DNA of 64,000 bases from Blastocystis sp. Blastoise. Taxonomy: Eukaryota > Protista > Bigyra: Opalinata. Where the stretch lies: the NCBI GenBank assembly GCA_039096225.1, contig JBBPEB010000025.1, forward strand, positions 809,593 to 873,592, read 5' to 3'. Below are positions 36,901 through 51,900 of this stretch, piece by piece. Position numbers and translations under genes: made by a program. The notes under the pieces are model-generated. The model ran no database searches, was not told where the DNA came from, and saw only the letters and a program-made list of their open reading frames with translations. Within the stretch, counting starts at the first letter, position 1. The number at the start of each line of letters is the position of its first letter.

Positions 36901-39900
36901 ATGAATGTGGTAATGCAAATGTATATTGTCCTTTAGGTTCTTCTTCTCCTATTAATGTTCCTTTAGGTTCTTATTCTATTCCTCTTGATGTTAATTCTAC
37001 AATTCGTTCTAATTTTGTTATTTGTGAAGAAGGTAATTATTGTATAGAAGGTATTAAATATTCTTGTCCATCTGGTTCTTATGGTAATGAAACTGGTCTT
37101 TATAATAATAATTGTAGTGGTAAATGTTTAGAAGGTTATTATTGTTTAGAAGGATCTATATCATCAATTGAAAATGAATGTGGTAATGCAAATGTATATT
37201 GTCCTTTAGGTTCTTCTTCTCCTATTAATGTTCCTTTAGGTTCTTATTCTATTCCTCTTGATGTTAATTCTACAATTCGTTCTAATTTTGTTATTTGTGA
37301 AGAAGGTAATTATTGTATAGAAGGTATTAAATATTCTTGTCCATCTGGTTCTTATGGTAATGAAACTGGTCTTTATAATAATAATTGTAGTGGTAAATGT
37401 TTAGAAGGTTATTATTGTTTAGAAGGATCTATATCATCAATTGAAAATGAATGTGGTAATGCAAATGTATATTGTCCTTTAGGTTCTTCTTCTCCTATTA
37501 ATGTTCCTTTAGGTTCTTATTCTATTCCTCTTGATGTTAATTCTACAATTCGTTCTAATTTTGTTATTTGTGAAGAAGGTAATTATTGTATAGAAGGTAT
37601 TAAATATTCTTGTCCATCTGGTTCTTATGGTAATGAAACTGGTCTTTATAATAATAATTGTAGTGGTAAATGTTTAGAAGGTTATTATTGTTTAGAAGGA
37701 TCTATATCATCAATTGAAAATGAATGTGGTAATGCAAATGTATATTGTCCTTTAGGTTCTTCTTCTCCTATTAATGTTCCTTTAGGTTCTTATTCTATTC
37801 CTCTTGATGTTAATTCTACAATTCGTTCTAATTTTGTTATTTGTGAAGAAGGTAATTATTGTATAGAAGGTATTAAATATTCTTGTCCATCTGGTTCTTA
37901 TGGTAATGAAACTGGTCTTTATAATAATAATTGTAGTGGTAAATGTTTAGAAGGTTATTATTGTTTAGAAGGATCTATATCATCAATTGAAAATGAATGT
38001 GGTAATGCAAATGTATATTGTCCTTTAGGTTCTTCTTCTCCTATTAATGTTCCTTTAGGTTCTTATTCTATTCCTCTTGATGTTAATTCTACAATTCGTT
38101 CTAATTTTGTTATTTGTGAAGAAGGTAATTATTGTATAGAAGGTATTAAATATTCTTGTCCATCTGGTTCTTATGGTAATGAAACTGGTCTTTATAATAA
38201 TAATTGTAGTGGTAAATGTTTAGAAGGTTATTATTGTTTAGAAGGATCTATATCATCAATTGAAAATGAATGTGGTAATGCAAATGTATATTGTCCTTTA
38301 GGTTCTTCTTCTCCTATTAATGTTCCTTTAGGTTCTTATTCTATTCCTCTTGATGTTAATTCTACAATTCGTTCTAATTTTGTTATTTGTGAAGAAGGTA
38401 ATTATTGTATAGAAGGTATTAAATATTCTTGTCCATCTGGTTCTTATGGTAATGAAACTGGTCTTTATAATAATAATTGTAGTGGTAAATGTTTAGAAGG
38501 TTATTATTGTTTAGAAGGATCTATATCATCAATTGAAAATGAATGTGGTAATGCAAATGTATATTGTCCTTTAGGTTCTTCTTCTCCTATTAATGTTCCT
38601 TTAGGTTCTTATTCTATTCCTCTTGATGTTAATTCTACAATTCGTTCTAATTTTGTTATTTGTGAAGAAGGTAATTATTGTATAGAAGGTATTAAATATT
38701 CTTGTCCATCTGGTTCTTATGGTAATGAAACTGGTCTTTATAATAATAATTGTAGTGGTAAATGTTTAGAAGGTTATTATTGTTTAGAAGGATCTATATC
38801 ATCAATTGAAAATGAATGTGGTAATGCAAATGTATATTGTCCTTTAGGTTCTTCTTCTCCTATTAATGTTCCTTTAGGTTCTTATTCTATTCCTCTTGAT
38901 GTTAATTCTACAATTCGTTCTAATTTTGTTATTTGTGAAGAAGGTAATTATTGTATAGAAGGTATTAAATATTCTTGTCCATCTGGTTCTTATGGTAATG
39001 AAACTGGTCTTTATAATAATAATTGTAGTGGTAAATGTTTAGAAGGTTATTATTGTTTAGAAGGATCTATATCATCAATTGAAAATGAATGTGGTAATGC
39101 AAATGTATATTGTCCTTTAGGTTCTTCTTCTCCTATTAATGTTCCTTTAGGTTCTTATTCTATTCCTCTTGATGTTAATTCTACAATTCGTTCTAATTTT
39201 GTTATTTGTGAAGAAGGTAATTATTGTATAGAAGGTATTAAATATTCTTGTCCATCTGGTTCTTATGGTAATGAAACTGGTCTTTATAATAATAATTGTA
39301 GTGGTAAATGTTTAGAAGGTTATTATTGTTTAGAAGGATCTATATCATCAATTGAAAATGAATGTGGTAATGCAAATGTATATTGTCCTTTAGGTTCTTC
39401 TTCTCCTATTAATGTTCCTTTAGGTTCTTATTCTATTCCTCTTGATGTTAATTCTACAATTCGTTCTAATTTTGTTATTTGTGAAGAAGGTAATTATTGT
39501 ATAGAAGGTATTAAATATTCTTGTCCATCTGGTTCTTATGGTAATGAAACTGGTCTTTATAATAATAATTGTAGTGGTAAATGTTTAGAAGGTTATTATT
39601 GTTTAGAAGGATCTATATCATCAATTGAAAATGAATGTGGTAATGCAAATGTATATTGTCCTTTAGGTTCTTCTTCTCCTATTAATGTTCCTTTAGGTTC
39701 TTATTCTATTCCTCTTGATGTTAATTCTACAATTCGTTCTAATTTTGTTATTTGTGAAGAAGGTAATTATTGTATAGAAGGTATTAAATATTCTTGTCCA
39801 TCTGGTTCTTATGGTAATGAAACTGGTCTTTATAATAATAATTGTAGTGGTAAATGTTTAGAAGGTTATTATTGTTTAGAAGGATCTATATCATCAATTG

Positions 39901-42900
39901 AAAATGAATGTGGTAATGCAAATGTATATTGTCCTTTAGGTTCTTCTTCTCCTATTAATGTTCCTTTAGGTTCTTATTCTATTCCTCTTGATGTTAATTC
40001 TACAATTCGTTCTAATTTTGTTATTTGTGAAGAAGGTAATTATTGTATAGAAGGTATTAAATATTCTTGTCCATCTGGTTCTTATGGTAATGAAACTGGT
40101 CTTTATAATAATAATTGTAGTGGTAAATGTTTAGAAGGTTATTATTGTTTAGAAGGATCTATATCATCAATTGAAAATGAATGTGGTAATGCAAATGTAT
40201 ATTGTCCTTTAGGTTCTTCTTCTCCTATTAATGTTCCTTTAGGTTCTTATTCTATTCCTCTTGATGTTAATTCTACAATTCGTTCTAATTTTGTTATTTG
40301 TGAAGAAGGTAATTATTGTATAGAAGGTATTAAATATTCTTGTCCATCTGGTTCTTATGGTAATGAAACTGGTCTTTATAATAATAATTGTAGTGGTAAA
40401 TGTTTAGAAGGTTATTATTGTTTAGAAGGATCTATATCATCAATTGAAAATGAATGTGGTAATGCAAATGTATATTGTCCTTTAGGTTCTTCTTCTCCTA
40501 TTAATGTTCCTTTAGGTTCTTATTCTATTCCTCTTGATGTTAATTCTACAATTCGTTCTAATTTTGTTATTTGTGAAGAAGGTAATTATTGTATAGAAGG
40601 TATTAAATATTCTTGTCCATCTGGTTCTTATGGTAATGAAACTGGTCTTTATAATAATAATTGTAGTGGTAAATGTTTAGAAGGTTATTATTGTTTAGAA
40701 GGATCTATATCATCAATTGAAAATGAATGTGGTAATGCAAATGTATATTGTCCTTTAGGTTCTTCTTCTCCTATTAATGTTCCTTTAGGTTCTTATTCTA
40801 TTCCTCTTGATGTTAATTCTACAATTCGTTCTAATTTTGTTATTTGTGAAGAAGGTAATTATTGTATAGAAGGTATTAAATATTCTTGTCCATCTGGTTC
40901 TTATGGTAATGAAACTGGTCTTTATAATAATAATTGTAGTGGTAAATGTTTAGAAGGTTATTATTGTTTAGAAGGATCTATATCATCAATTGAAAATGAA
41001 TGTGGTAATGCAAATGTATATTGTCCTTTAGGTTCTTCTTCTCCTATTAATGTTCCTTTAGGTTCTTATTCTATTCCTCTTGATGTTAATTCTACAATTC
41101 GTTCTAATTTTGTTATTTGTGAAGAAGGTAATTATTGTATAGAAGGTATTAAATATTCTTGTCCATCTGGTTCTTATGGTAATGAAACTGGTCTTTATAA
41201 TAATAATTGTAGTGGTAAATGTTTAGAAGGTTATTATTGTTTAGAAGGATCTATATCATCAATTGAAAATGAATGTGGTAATGCAAATGTATATTGTCCT
41301 TTAGGTTCTTCTTCTCCTATTAATGTTCCTTTAGGTTCTTATTCTATTCCTCTTGATGTTAATTCTACAATTCGTTCTAATTTTGTTATTTGTGAAGAAG
41401 GTAATTATTGTATAGAAGGTATTAAATATTCTTGTCCATCTGGTTCTTATGGTAATGAAACTGGTCTTTATAATAATAATTGTAGTGGTAAATGTTTAGA
41501 AGGTTATTATTGTTTAGAAGGATCTATATCATCAATTGAAAATGAATGTGGTAATGCAAATGTATATTGTCCTTTAGGTTCTTCTTCTCCTATTAATGTT
41601 CCTTTAGGTTCTTATTCTATTCCTCTTGATGTTAATTCTACAATTCGTTCTAATTTTGTTATTTGTGAAGAAGGTAATTATTGTATAGAAGGTATTAAAT
41701 ATTCTTGTCCATCTGGTTCTTATGGTAATGAAACTGGTCTTTATAATAATAATTGTAGTGGTAAATGTTTAGAAGGTTATTATTGTTTAGAAGGATCTAT
41801 ATCATCAATTGAAAATGAATGTGGTAATGCAAATGTATATTGTCCTTTAGGTTCTTCTTCTCCTATTAATGTTCCTTTAGGTTCTTATTCTATTCCTCTT
41901 GATGTTAATTCTACAATTCGTTCTAATTTTGTTATTTGTGAAGAAGGTAATTATTGTATAGAAGGTATTAAATATTCTTGTCCATCTGGTTCTTATGGTA
42001 ATGAAACTGGTCTTTATAATAATAATTGTAGTGGTAAATGTTTAGAAGGTTATTATTGTTTAGAAGGATCTATATCATCAATTGAAAATGAATGTGGTAA
42101 TGCAAATGTATATTGTCCTTTAGGTTCTTCTTCTCCTATTAATGTTCCTTTAGGTTCTTATTCTATTCCTCTTGATGTTAATTCTACAATTCGTTCTAAT
42201 TTTGTTATTTGTGAAGAAGGTAATTATTGTATAGAAGGTATTAAATATTCTTGTCCATCTGGTTCTTATGGTAATGAAACTGGTCTTTATAATAATAATT
42301 GTAGTGGTAAATGTTTAGAAGGTTATTATTGTTTAGAAGGATCTATATCATCAATTGAAAATGAATGTGGTAATGCAAATGTATATTGTCCTTTAGGTTC
42401 TTCTTCTCCTATTAATGTTCCTTTAGGTTCTTATTCTATTCCTCTTGATGTTAATTCTACAATTCGTTCTAATTTTGTTATTTGTGAAGAAGGTAATTAT
42501 TGTATAGAAGGTATTAAATATTCTTGTCCATCTGGTTCTTATGGTAATGAAACTGGTCTTTATAATAATAATTGTAGTGGTAAATGTTTAGAAGGTTATT
42601 ATTGTTTAGAAGGATCTATATCATCAATTGAAAATGAATGTGGTAATGCAAATGTATATTGTCCTTTAGGTTCTTCTTCTCCTATTAATGTTCCTTTAGG
42701 TTCTTATTCTATTCCTCTTGATGTTAATTCTACAATTCGTTCTAATTTTGTTATTTGTGAAGAAGGTAATTATTGTATAGAAGGTATTAAATATTCTTGT
42801 CCATCTGGTTCTTATGGTAATGAAACTGGTCTTTATAATAATAATTGTAGTGGTAAATGTTTAGAAGGTTATTATTGTTTAGAAGGATCTATATCATCAA

Positions 42901-45900
42901 TTGAAAATGAATGTGGTAATGCAAATGTATATTGTCCTTTAGGTTCTTCTTCTCCTATTAATGTTCCTTTAGGTTCTTATTCTATTCCTCTTGATGTTAA
43001 TTCTACAATTCGTTCTAATTTTGTTATTTGTGAAGAAGGTAATTATTGTATAGAAGGTATTAAATATTCTTGTCCATCTGGTTCTTATGGTAATGAAACT
43101 GGTCTTTATAATAATAATTGTAGTGGTAAATGTTTAGAAGGTTATTATTGTTTAGAAGGATCTATATCATCAATTGAAAATGAATGTGGTAATGCAAATG
43201 TATATTGTCCTTTAGGTTCTTCTTCTCCTATTAATGTTCCTTTAGGTTCTTATTCTATTCCTCTTGATGTTAATTCTACAATTCGTTCTAATTTTGTTAT
43301 TTGTGAAGAAGGTAATTATTGTATAGAAGGTATTAAATATTCTTGTCCATCTGGTTCTTATGGTAATGAAACTGGTCTTTATAATAATAATTGTAGTGGT
43401 AAATGTTTAGAAGGTTATTATTGTTTAGAAGGATCTATATCATCAATTGAAAATGAATGTGGTAATGCAAATGTATATTGTCCTTTAGGTTCTTCTTCTC
43501 CTATTAATGTTCCTTTAGGTTCTTATTCTATTCCTCTTGATGTTAATTCTACAATTCGTTCTAATTTTGTTATTTGTGAAGAAGGTAATTATTGTATAGA
43601 AGGTATTAAATATTCTTGTCCATCTGGTTCTTATGGTAATGAAACTGGTCTTTATAATAATAATTGTAGTGGTAAATGTTTAGAAGGTTATTATTGTTTA
43701 GAAGGATCTATATCATCAATTGAAAATGAATGTGGTAATGCAAATGTATATTGTCCTTTAGGTTCTTCTTCTCCTATTAATGTTCCTTTAGGTTCTTATT
43801 CTATTCCTCTTGATGTTAATTCTACAATTCGTTCTAATTTTGTTATTTGTGAAGAAGGTAATTATTGTATAGAAGGTATTAAATATTCTTGTCCATCTGG
43901 TTCTTATGGTAATGAAACTGGTCTTTATAATAATAATTGTAGTGGTAAATGTTTAGAAGGTTATTATTGTTTAGAAGGATCTATATCATCAATTGAAAAT
44001 GAATGTGGTAATGCAAATGTATATTGTCCTTTAGGTTCTTCTTCTCCTATTAATGTTCCTTTAGGTTCTTATTCTATTCCTCTTGATGTTAATTCTACAA
44101 TTCGTTCTAATTTTGTTATTTGTGAAGAAGGTAATTATTGTATAGAAGGTATTAAATATTCTTGTCCATCTGGTTCTTATGGTAATGAAACTGGTCTTTA
44201 TAATAATAATTGTAGTGGTAAATGTTTAGAAGGTTATTATTGTTTAGAAGGATCTATATCATCAATTGAAAATGAATGTGGTAATGCAAATGTATATTGT
44301 CCTTTAGGTTCTTCTTCTCCTATTAATGTTCCTTTAGGTTCTTATTCTATTCCTCTTGATGTTAATTCTACAATTCGTTCTAATTTTGTTATTTGTGAAG
44401 AAGGTAATTATTGTATAGAAGGTATTAAATATTCTTGTCCATCTGGTTCTTATGGTAATGAAACTGGTCTTTATAATAATAATTGTAGTGGTAAATGTTT
44501 AGAAGGTTATTATTGTTTAGAAGGATCTATATCATCAATTGAAAATGAATGTGGTAATGCAAATGTATATTGTCCTTTAGGTTCTTCTTCTCCTATTAAT
44601 GTTCCTTTAGGTTCTTATTCTATTCCTCTTGATGTTAATTCTACAATTCGTTCTAATTTTGTTATTTGTGAAGAAGGTAATTATTGTATAGAAGGTATTA
44701 AATATTCTTGTCCATCTGGTTCTTATGGTAATGAAACTGGTCTTTATAATAATAATTGTAGTGGTAAATGTTTAGAAGGTTATTATTGTTTAGAAGGATC
44801 TATATCATCAATTGAAAATGAATGTGGTAATGCAAATGTATATTGTCCTTTAGGTTCTTCTTCTCCTATTAATGTTCCTTTAGGTTCTTATTCTATTCCT
44901 CTTGATGTTAATTCTACAATTCGTTCTAATTTTGTTATTTGTGAAGAAGGTAATTATTGTATAGAAGGTATTAAATATTCTTGTCCATCTGGTTCTTATG
45001 GTAATGAAACTGGTCTTTATAATAATAATTGTAGTGGTAAATGTTTAGAAGGTTATTATTGTTTAGAAGGATCTATATCATCAATTGAAAATGAATGTGG
45101 TAATGCAAATGTATATTGTCCTTTAGGTTCTTCTTCTCCTATTAATGTTCCTTTAGGTTCTTATTCTATTCCTCTTGATGTTAATTCTACAATTCGTTCT
45201 AATTTTGTTATTTGTGAAGAAGGTAATTATTGTATAGAAGGTATTAAATATTCTTGTCCATCTGGTTCTTATGGTAATGAAACTGGTCTTTATAATAATA
45301 ATTGTAGTGGTAAATGTTTAGAAGGTTATTATTGTTTAGAAGGATCTATATCATCAATTGAAAATGAATGTGGTAATGCAAATGTATATTGTCCTTTAGG
45401 TTCTTCTTCTCCTATTAATGTTCCTTTAGGTTCTTATTCTATTCCTCTTGATGTTAATTCTACAATTCGTTCTAATTTTGTTATTTGTGAAGAAGGTAAT
45501 TATTGTATAGAAGGTATTAAATATTCTTGTCCATCTGGTTCTTATGGTAATGAAACTGGTCTTTATAATAATAATTGTAGTGGTAAATGTTTAGAAGGTT
45601 ATTATTGTTTAGAAGGATCTATATCATCAATTGAAAATGAATGTGGTAATGCAAATGTATATTGTCCTTTAGGTTCTTCTTCTCCTATTAATGTTCCTTT
45701 AGGTTCTTATTCTATTCCTCTTGATGTTAATTCTACAATTCGTTCTAATTTTGTTATTTGTGAAGAAGGTAATTATTGTATAGAAGGTATTAAATATTCT
45801 TGTCCATCTGGTTCTTATGGTAATGAAACTGGTCTTTATAATAATAATTGTAGTGGTAAATGTTTAGAAGGTTATTATTGTTTAGAAGGATCTATATCAT

Positions 45901-48900
45901 CAATTGAAAATGAATGTGGTAATGCAAATGTATATTGTCCTTTAGGTTCTTCTTCTCCTATTAATGTTCCTTTAGGTTCTTATTCTATTCCTCTTGATGT
46001 TAATTCTACAATTCGTTCTAATTTTGTTATTTGTGAAGAAGGTAATTATTGTATAGAAGGTATTAAATATTCTTGTCCATCTGGTTCTTATGGTAATGAA
46101 ACTGGTCTTTATAATAATAATTGTAGTGGTAAATGTTTAGAAGGTTATTATTGTTTAGAAGGATCTATATCATCAATTGAAAATGAATGTGGTAATGCAA
46201 ATGTATATTGTCCTTTAGGTTCTTCTTCTCCTATTAATGTTCCTTTAGGTTCTTATTCTATTCCTCTTGATGTTAATTCTACAATTCGTTCTAATTTTGT
46301 TATTTGTGAAGAAGGTAATTATTGTATAGAAGGTATTAAATATTCTTGTCCATCTGGTTCTTATGGTAATGAAACTGGTCTTTATAATAATAATTGTAGT
46401 GGTAAATGTTTAGAAGGTTATTATTGTTTAGAAGGATCTATATCATCAATTGAAAATGAATGTGGTAATGCAAATGTATATTGTCCTTTAGGTTCTTCTT
46501 CTCCTATTAATGTTCCTTTAGGTTCTTATTCTATTCCTCTTGATGTTAATTCTACAATTCGTTCTAATTTTGTTATTTGTGAAGAAGGTAATTATTGTAT
46601 AGAAGGTATTAAATATTCTTGTCCATCTGGTTCTTATGGTAATGAAACTGGTCTTTATAATAATAATTGTAGTGGTAAATGTTTAGAAGGTTATTATTGT
46701 TTAGAAGGATCTATATCATCAATTGAAAATGAATGTGGTAATGCAAATGTATATTGTCCTTTAGGTTCTTCTTCTCCTATTAATGTTCCTTTAGGTTCTT
46801 ATTCTATTCCTCTTGATGTTAATTCTACAATTCGTTCTAATTTTGTTATTTGTGAAGAAGGTAATTATTGTATAGAAGGTATTAAATATTCTTGTCCATC
46901 TGGTTCTTATGGTAATGAAACTGGTCTTTATAATAATAATTGTAGTGGTAAATGTTTAGAAGGTTATTATTGTTTAGAAGGATCTATATCATCAATTGAA
47001 AATGAATGTGGTAATGCAAATGTATATTGTCCTTTAGGTTCTTCTTCTCCTATTAATGTTCCTTTAGGTTCTTATTCTATTCCTCTTGATGTTAATTCTA
47101 CAATTCGTTCTAATTTTGTTATTTGTGAAGAAGGTAATTATTGTATAGAAGGTATTAAATATTCTTGTCCATCTGGTTCTTATGGTAATGAAACTGGTCT
47201 TTATAATAATAATTGTAGTGGTAAATGTTTAGAAGGTTATTATTGTTTAGAAGGATCTATATCATCAATTGAAAATGAATGTGGTAATGCAAATGTATAT
47301 TGTCCTTTAGGTTCTTCTTCTCCTATTAATGTTCCTTTAGGTTCTTATTCTATTCCTCTTGATGTTAATTCTACAATTCGTTCTAATTTTGTTATTTGTG
47401 AAGAAGGTAATTATTGTATAGAAGGTATTAAATATTCTTGTCCATCTGGTTCTTATGGTAATGAAACTGGTCTTTATAATAATAATTGTAGTGGTAAATG
47501 TTTAGAAGGTTATTATTGTTTAGAAGGATCTATATCATCAATTGAAAATGAATGTGGTAATGCAAATGTATATTGTCCTTTAGGTTCTTCTTCTCCTATT
47601 AATGTTCCTTTAGGTTCTTATTCTATTCCTCTTGATGTTAATTCTACAATTCGTTCTAATTTTGTTATTTGTGAAGAAGGTAATTATTGTATAGAAGGTA
47701 TTAAATATTCTTGTCCATCTGGTTCTTATGGTAATGAAACTGGTCTTTATAATAATAATTGTAGTGGTAAATGTTTAGAAGGTTATTATTGTTTAGAAGG
47801 ATCTATATCATCAATTGAAAATGAATGTGGTAATGCAAATGTATATTGTCCTTTAGGTTCTTCTTCTCCTATTAATGTTCCTTTAGGTTCTTATTCTATT
47901 CCTCTTGATGTTAATTCTACAATTCGTTCTAATTTTGTTATTTGTGAAGAAGGTAATTATTGTATAGAAGGTATTAAATATTCTTGTCCATCTGGTTCTT
48001 ATGGTAATGAAACTGGTCTTTATAATAATAATTGTAGTGGTAAATGTTTAGAAGGTTATTATTGTTTAGAAGGATCTATATCATCAATTGAAAATGAATG
48101 TGGTAATGCAAATGTATATTGTCCTTTAGGTTCTTCTTCTCCTATTAATGTTCCTTTAGGTTCTTATTCTATTCCTCTTGATGTTAATTCTACAATTCGT
48201 TCTAATTTTGTTATTTGTGAAGAAGGTAATTATTGTATAGAAGGTATTAAATATTCTTGTCCATCTGGTTCTTATGGTAATGAAACTGGTCTTTATAATA
48301 ATAATTGTAGTGGTAAATGTTTAGAAGGTTATTATTGTTTAGAAGGATCTATATCATCAATTGAAAATGAATGTGGTAATGCAAATGTATATTGTCCTTT
48401 AGGTTCTTCTTCTCCTATTAATGTTCCTTTAGGTTCTTATTCTATTCCTCTTGATGTTAATTCTACAATTCGTTCTAATTTTGTTATTTGTGAAGAAGGT
48501 AATTATTGTATAGAAGGTATTAAATATTCTTGTCCATCTGGTTCTTATGGTAATGAAACTGGTCTTTATAATAATAATTGTAGTGGTAAATGTTTAGAAG
48601 GTTATTATTGTTTAGAAGGATCTATATCATCAATTGAAAATGAATGTGGTAATGCAAATGTATATTGTCCTTTAGGTTCTTCTTCTCCTATTAATGTTCC
48701 TTTAGGTTCTTATTCTATTCCTCTTGATGTTAATTCTACAATTCGTTCTAATTTTGTTATTTGTGAAGAAGGTAATTATTGTATAGAAGGTATTAAATAT
48801 TCTTGTCCATCTGGTTCTTATGGTAATGAAACTGGTCTTTATAATAATAATTGTAGTGGTAAATGTTTAGAAGGTTATTATTGTTTAGAAGGATCTATAT

Positions 48901-51900
48901 CATCAATTGAAAATGAATGTGGTAATGCAAATGTATATTGTCCTTTAGGTTCTTCTTCTCCTATTAATGTTCCTTTAGGTTCTTATTCTATTCCTCTTGA
49001 TGTTAATTCTACAATTCGTTCTAATTTTGTTATTTGTGAAGAAGGTAATTATTGTATAGAAGGTATTAAATATTCTTGTCCATCTGGTTCTTATGGTAAT
49101 GAAACTGGTCTTTATAATAATAATTGTAGTGGTAAATGTTTAGAAGGTTATTATTGTTTAGAAGGATCTATATCATCAATTGAAAATGAATGTGGTAATG
49201 CAAATGTATATTGTCCTTTAGGTTCTTCTTCTCCTATTAATGTTCCTTTAGGTTCTTATTCTATTCCTCTTGATGTTAATTCTACAATTCGTTCTAATTT
49301 TGTTATTTGTGAGATCGGTAGTTATTGTATAGAAGGTATTAAATATTCTTGTCCATCTGGTTCTTATGGTAATGAAACTGGTCTTTATAATAATAATTGT
49401 AGTGGTAAATGTTTAGAAGGTTATTATTGTTTAGAAGGATCTATATCATCAATTGAAAATGAATGTGGTAATGCAAATGTATATTGTCCTTTAGGTTCTT
49501 CTTCTCCTATTAATGTTCCTTTAGGTTCTTATTCTATTCCTCTTGATGTTAATTCTACAATTCGTTCTAATTTTGTTATTTGTGAAGAAGGTAATTATTG
49601 TATAGAAGGTATTAAATATTCTTGTCCATCTGGTTCTTATGGTAATGAAACTGGTCTTTATAATAATAATTGTAGTGGTAAATGTTTAGAAGGTTATTAT
49701 TGTTTAGAAGGATCTATATCATCAATTGAAAATGAATGTGGTAATGCAAATGTATATTGTCCTTTAGGTTCTTCTTCTCCTATTAATGTTCCTTTAGGTT
49801 CTTATTCTATTCCTCTTGATGTTAATTCTACAATTCGTTCTAATTTTGTTATTTGTGAAGAAGGTAATTATTGTATAGAAGGTATTAAATATTCTTGTCC
49901 ATCTGGTTCTTATGGTAATGAAACTGGTCTTTATAATAATAATTGTAGTGGTAAATGTTTAGAAGGTTATTATTGTTTAGAAGGATCTATATCATCAATT
50001 GAAAATGAATGTGGTAATGCAAATGTATATTGTCCTTTAGGTTCTTCTTCTCCTATTAATGTTCCTTTAGGTTCTTATTCTATTCCTCTTGATGTTAATT
50101 CTACAATTCGTTCTAATTTTGTTATTTGTGAAGAAGGTAATTATTGTATAGAAGGTATTAAATATTCTTGTCCATCTGGTTCTTATGGTAATGAAACTGG
50201 TCTTTTATAATAATAATTGTAGTGGTAAATGTTTAGAAGGTTATTATTGTTTAGAAGGATCTATATCATCAATTGAAAATGAATGTGGTAATGCAAATGT
50301 ATATTGTCCTTTAGGTTCTTCTTCTCCTATTAATGTTCCTTTAGGTTCTTATTCTATTCCTCTTGATGTTAATTCTACAATTCGTTCTAATTTTGTTATT
50401 TGTGAAGAAGGTAATTATTGTATAGAAGGTATTAAATATTCTTGTCCATCTGGTTCTTATGGTAATGAAACTGGTCTTTATAATAATAATTGTAGTGGTA
50501 AATGTTTAGAAGGTTATTATTGTTTAGAAGGATCTATATCATCAATTGAAAATGAATGTGGTAATGCAAATGTATATTGTCCTTTAGGTTCTTCTTCTCC
50601 TATTAATGTTCCTTTAGGTTCTTATTCTATTCCTCTTGATGTTAATTCTACAATTCGTTCTAATTTTGTTATTTGTGAAGAAGGTAATTATTGTATAGAA
50701 GGTATTAAATATTCTTGTCCATCTGGTTCTTATGGTAATGAAACTGGTCTTTATAATAATAATTGTAGTGGTAAATGTTTAGAAGGTTATTATTGTTTAG
50801 AAGGATCTATATCATCAATTGAAAATGAATGTGGTAATGCAAATGTATATTGTCCTTTAGGTTCTTCTTCTCCTATTAATGTTCCTTTAGGTTCTTATTC
50901 TATTCCTCTTGATGTTAATTCTACAATTCGTTCTAATTTTGTTATTTGTGAAGAAGGTAATTATTGTATAGAAGGTATTAAATATTCTTGTCCATCTGGT
51001 TCTTATGGTAATGAAACTGGTCTTTATAATAATAATTGTAGTGGTAAATGTTTAGAAGGTTATTATTGTTTAGAAGGATCTATATCATCAATTGAAAATG
51101 AATGTGGTAATGCAAATGTATATTGTCCTTTAGGTTCTTCTTCTCCTATTAATGTTCCTTTAGGTTCTTATTCTATTCCTCTTGATGTTAATTCTACAAT
51201 TCGTTCTAATTTTGTTATTTGTGAAGAAGGTAATTATTGTATAGAAGGTATTAAATATTCTTGTCCATCTGGTTCTTATGGTAATGAAACTGGTCTTTAT
51301 AATAATAATTGTAGTGGTAAATGTTTAGAAGGTTATTATTGTTTAGAAGGATCTATATCATCAATTGAAAATGAATGTGGTAATGCAAATGTATATTGTC
51401 CTTTAGGTTCTTCTTCTCCTATTAATGTTCCTTTAGGTTCTTATTCTATTCCTCTTGATGTTAATTCTACAATTCGTTCTAATTTTGTTATTTGTGAAGA
51501 AGGTAATTATTGTATAGAAGGTATTAAATATTCTTGTCCATCTGGTTCTTATGGTAATGAAACTGGTCTTTATAATAATAATTGTAGTGGTAAATGTTTA
51601 GAAGGTTATTATTGTTTAGAAGGATCTATATCATCAATTGAAAATGAATGTGGTAATGCAAATGTATATTGTCCTTTAGGTTCTTCTTCTCCTATTAATG
51701 TTCCTTTAGGTTCTTATTCTATTCCTCTTGATGTTAATTCTACAATTCGTTCTAATTTTGTTATTTGTGAAGAAGGTAATTATTGTATAGAAGGTATTAA
51801 ATATTCTTGTCCATCTGGTTCTTATGGTAATGAAACTGGTCTTTATAATAATAATTGTAGTGGTAAATGTTTAGAAGGTTATTATTGTTTAGAAGGATCT

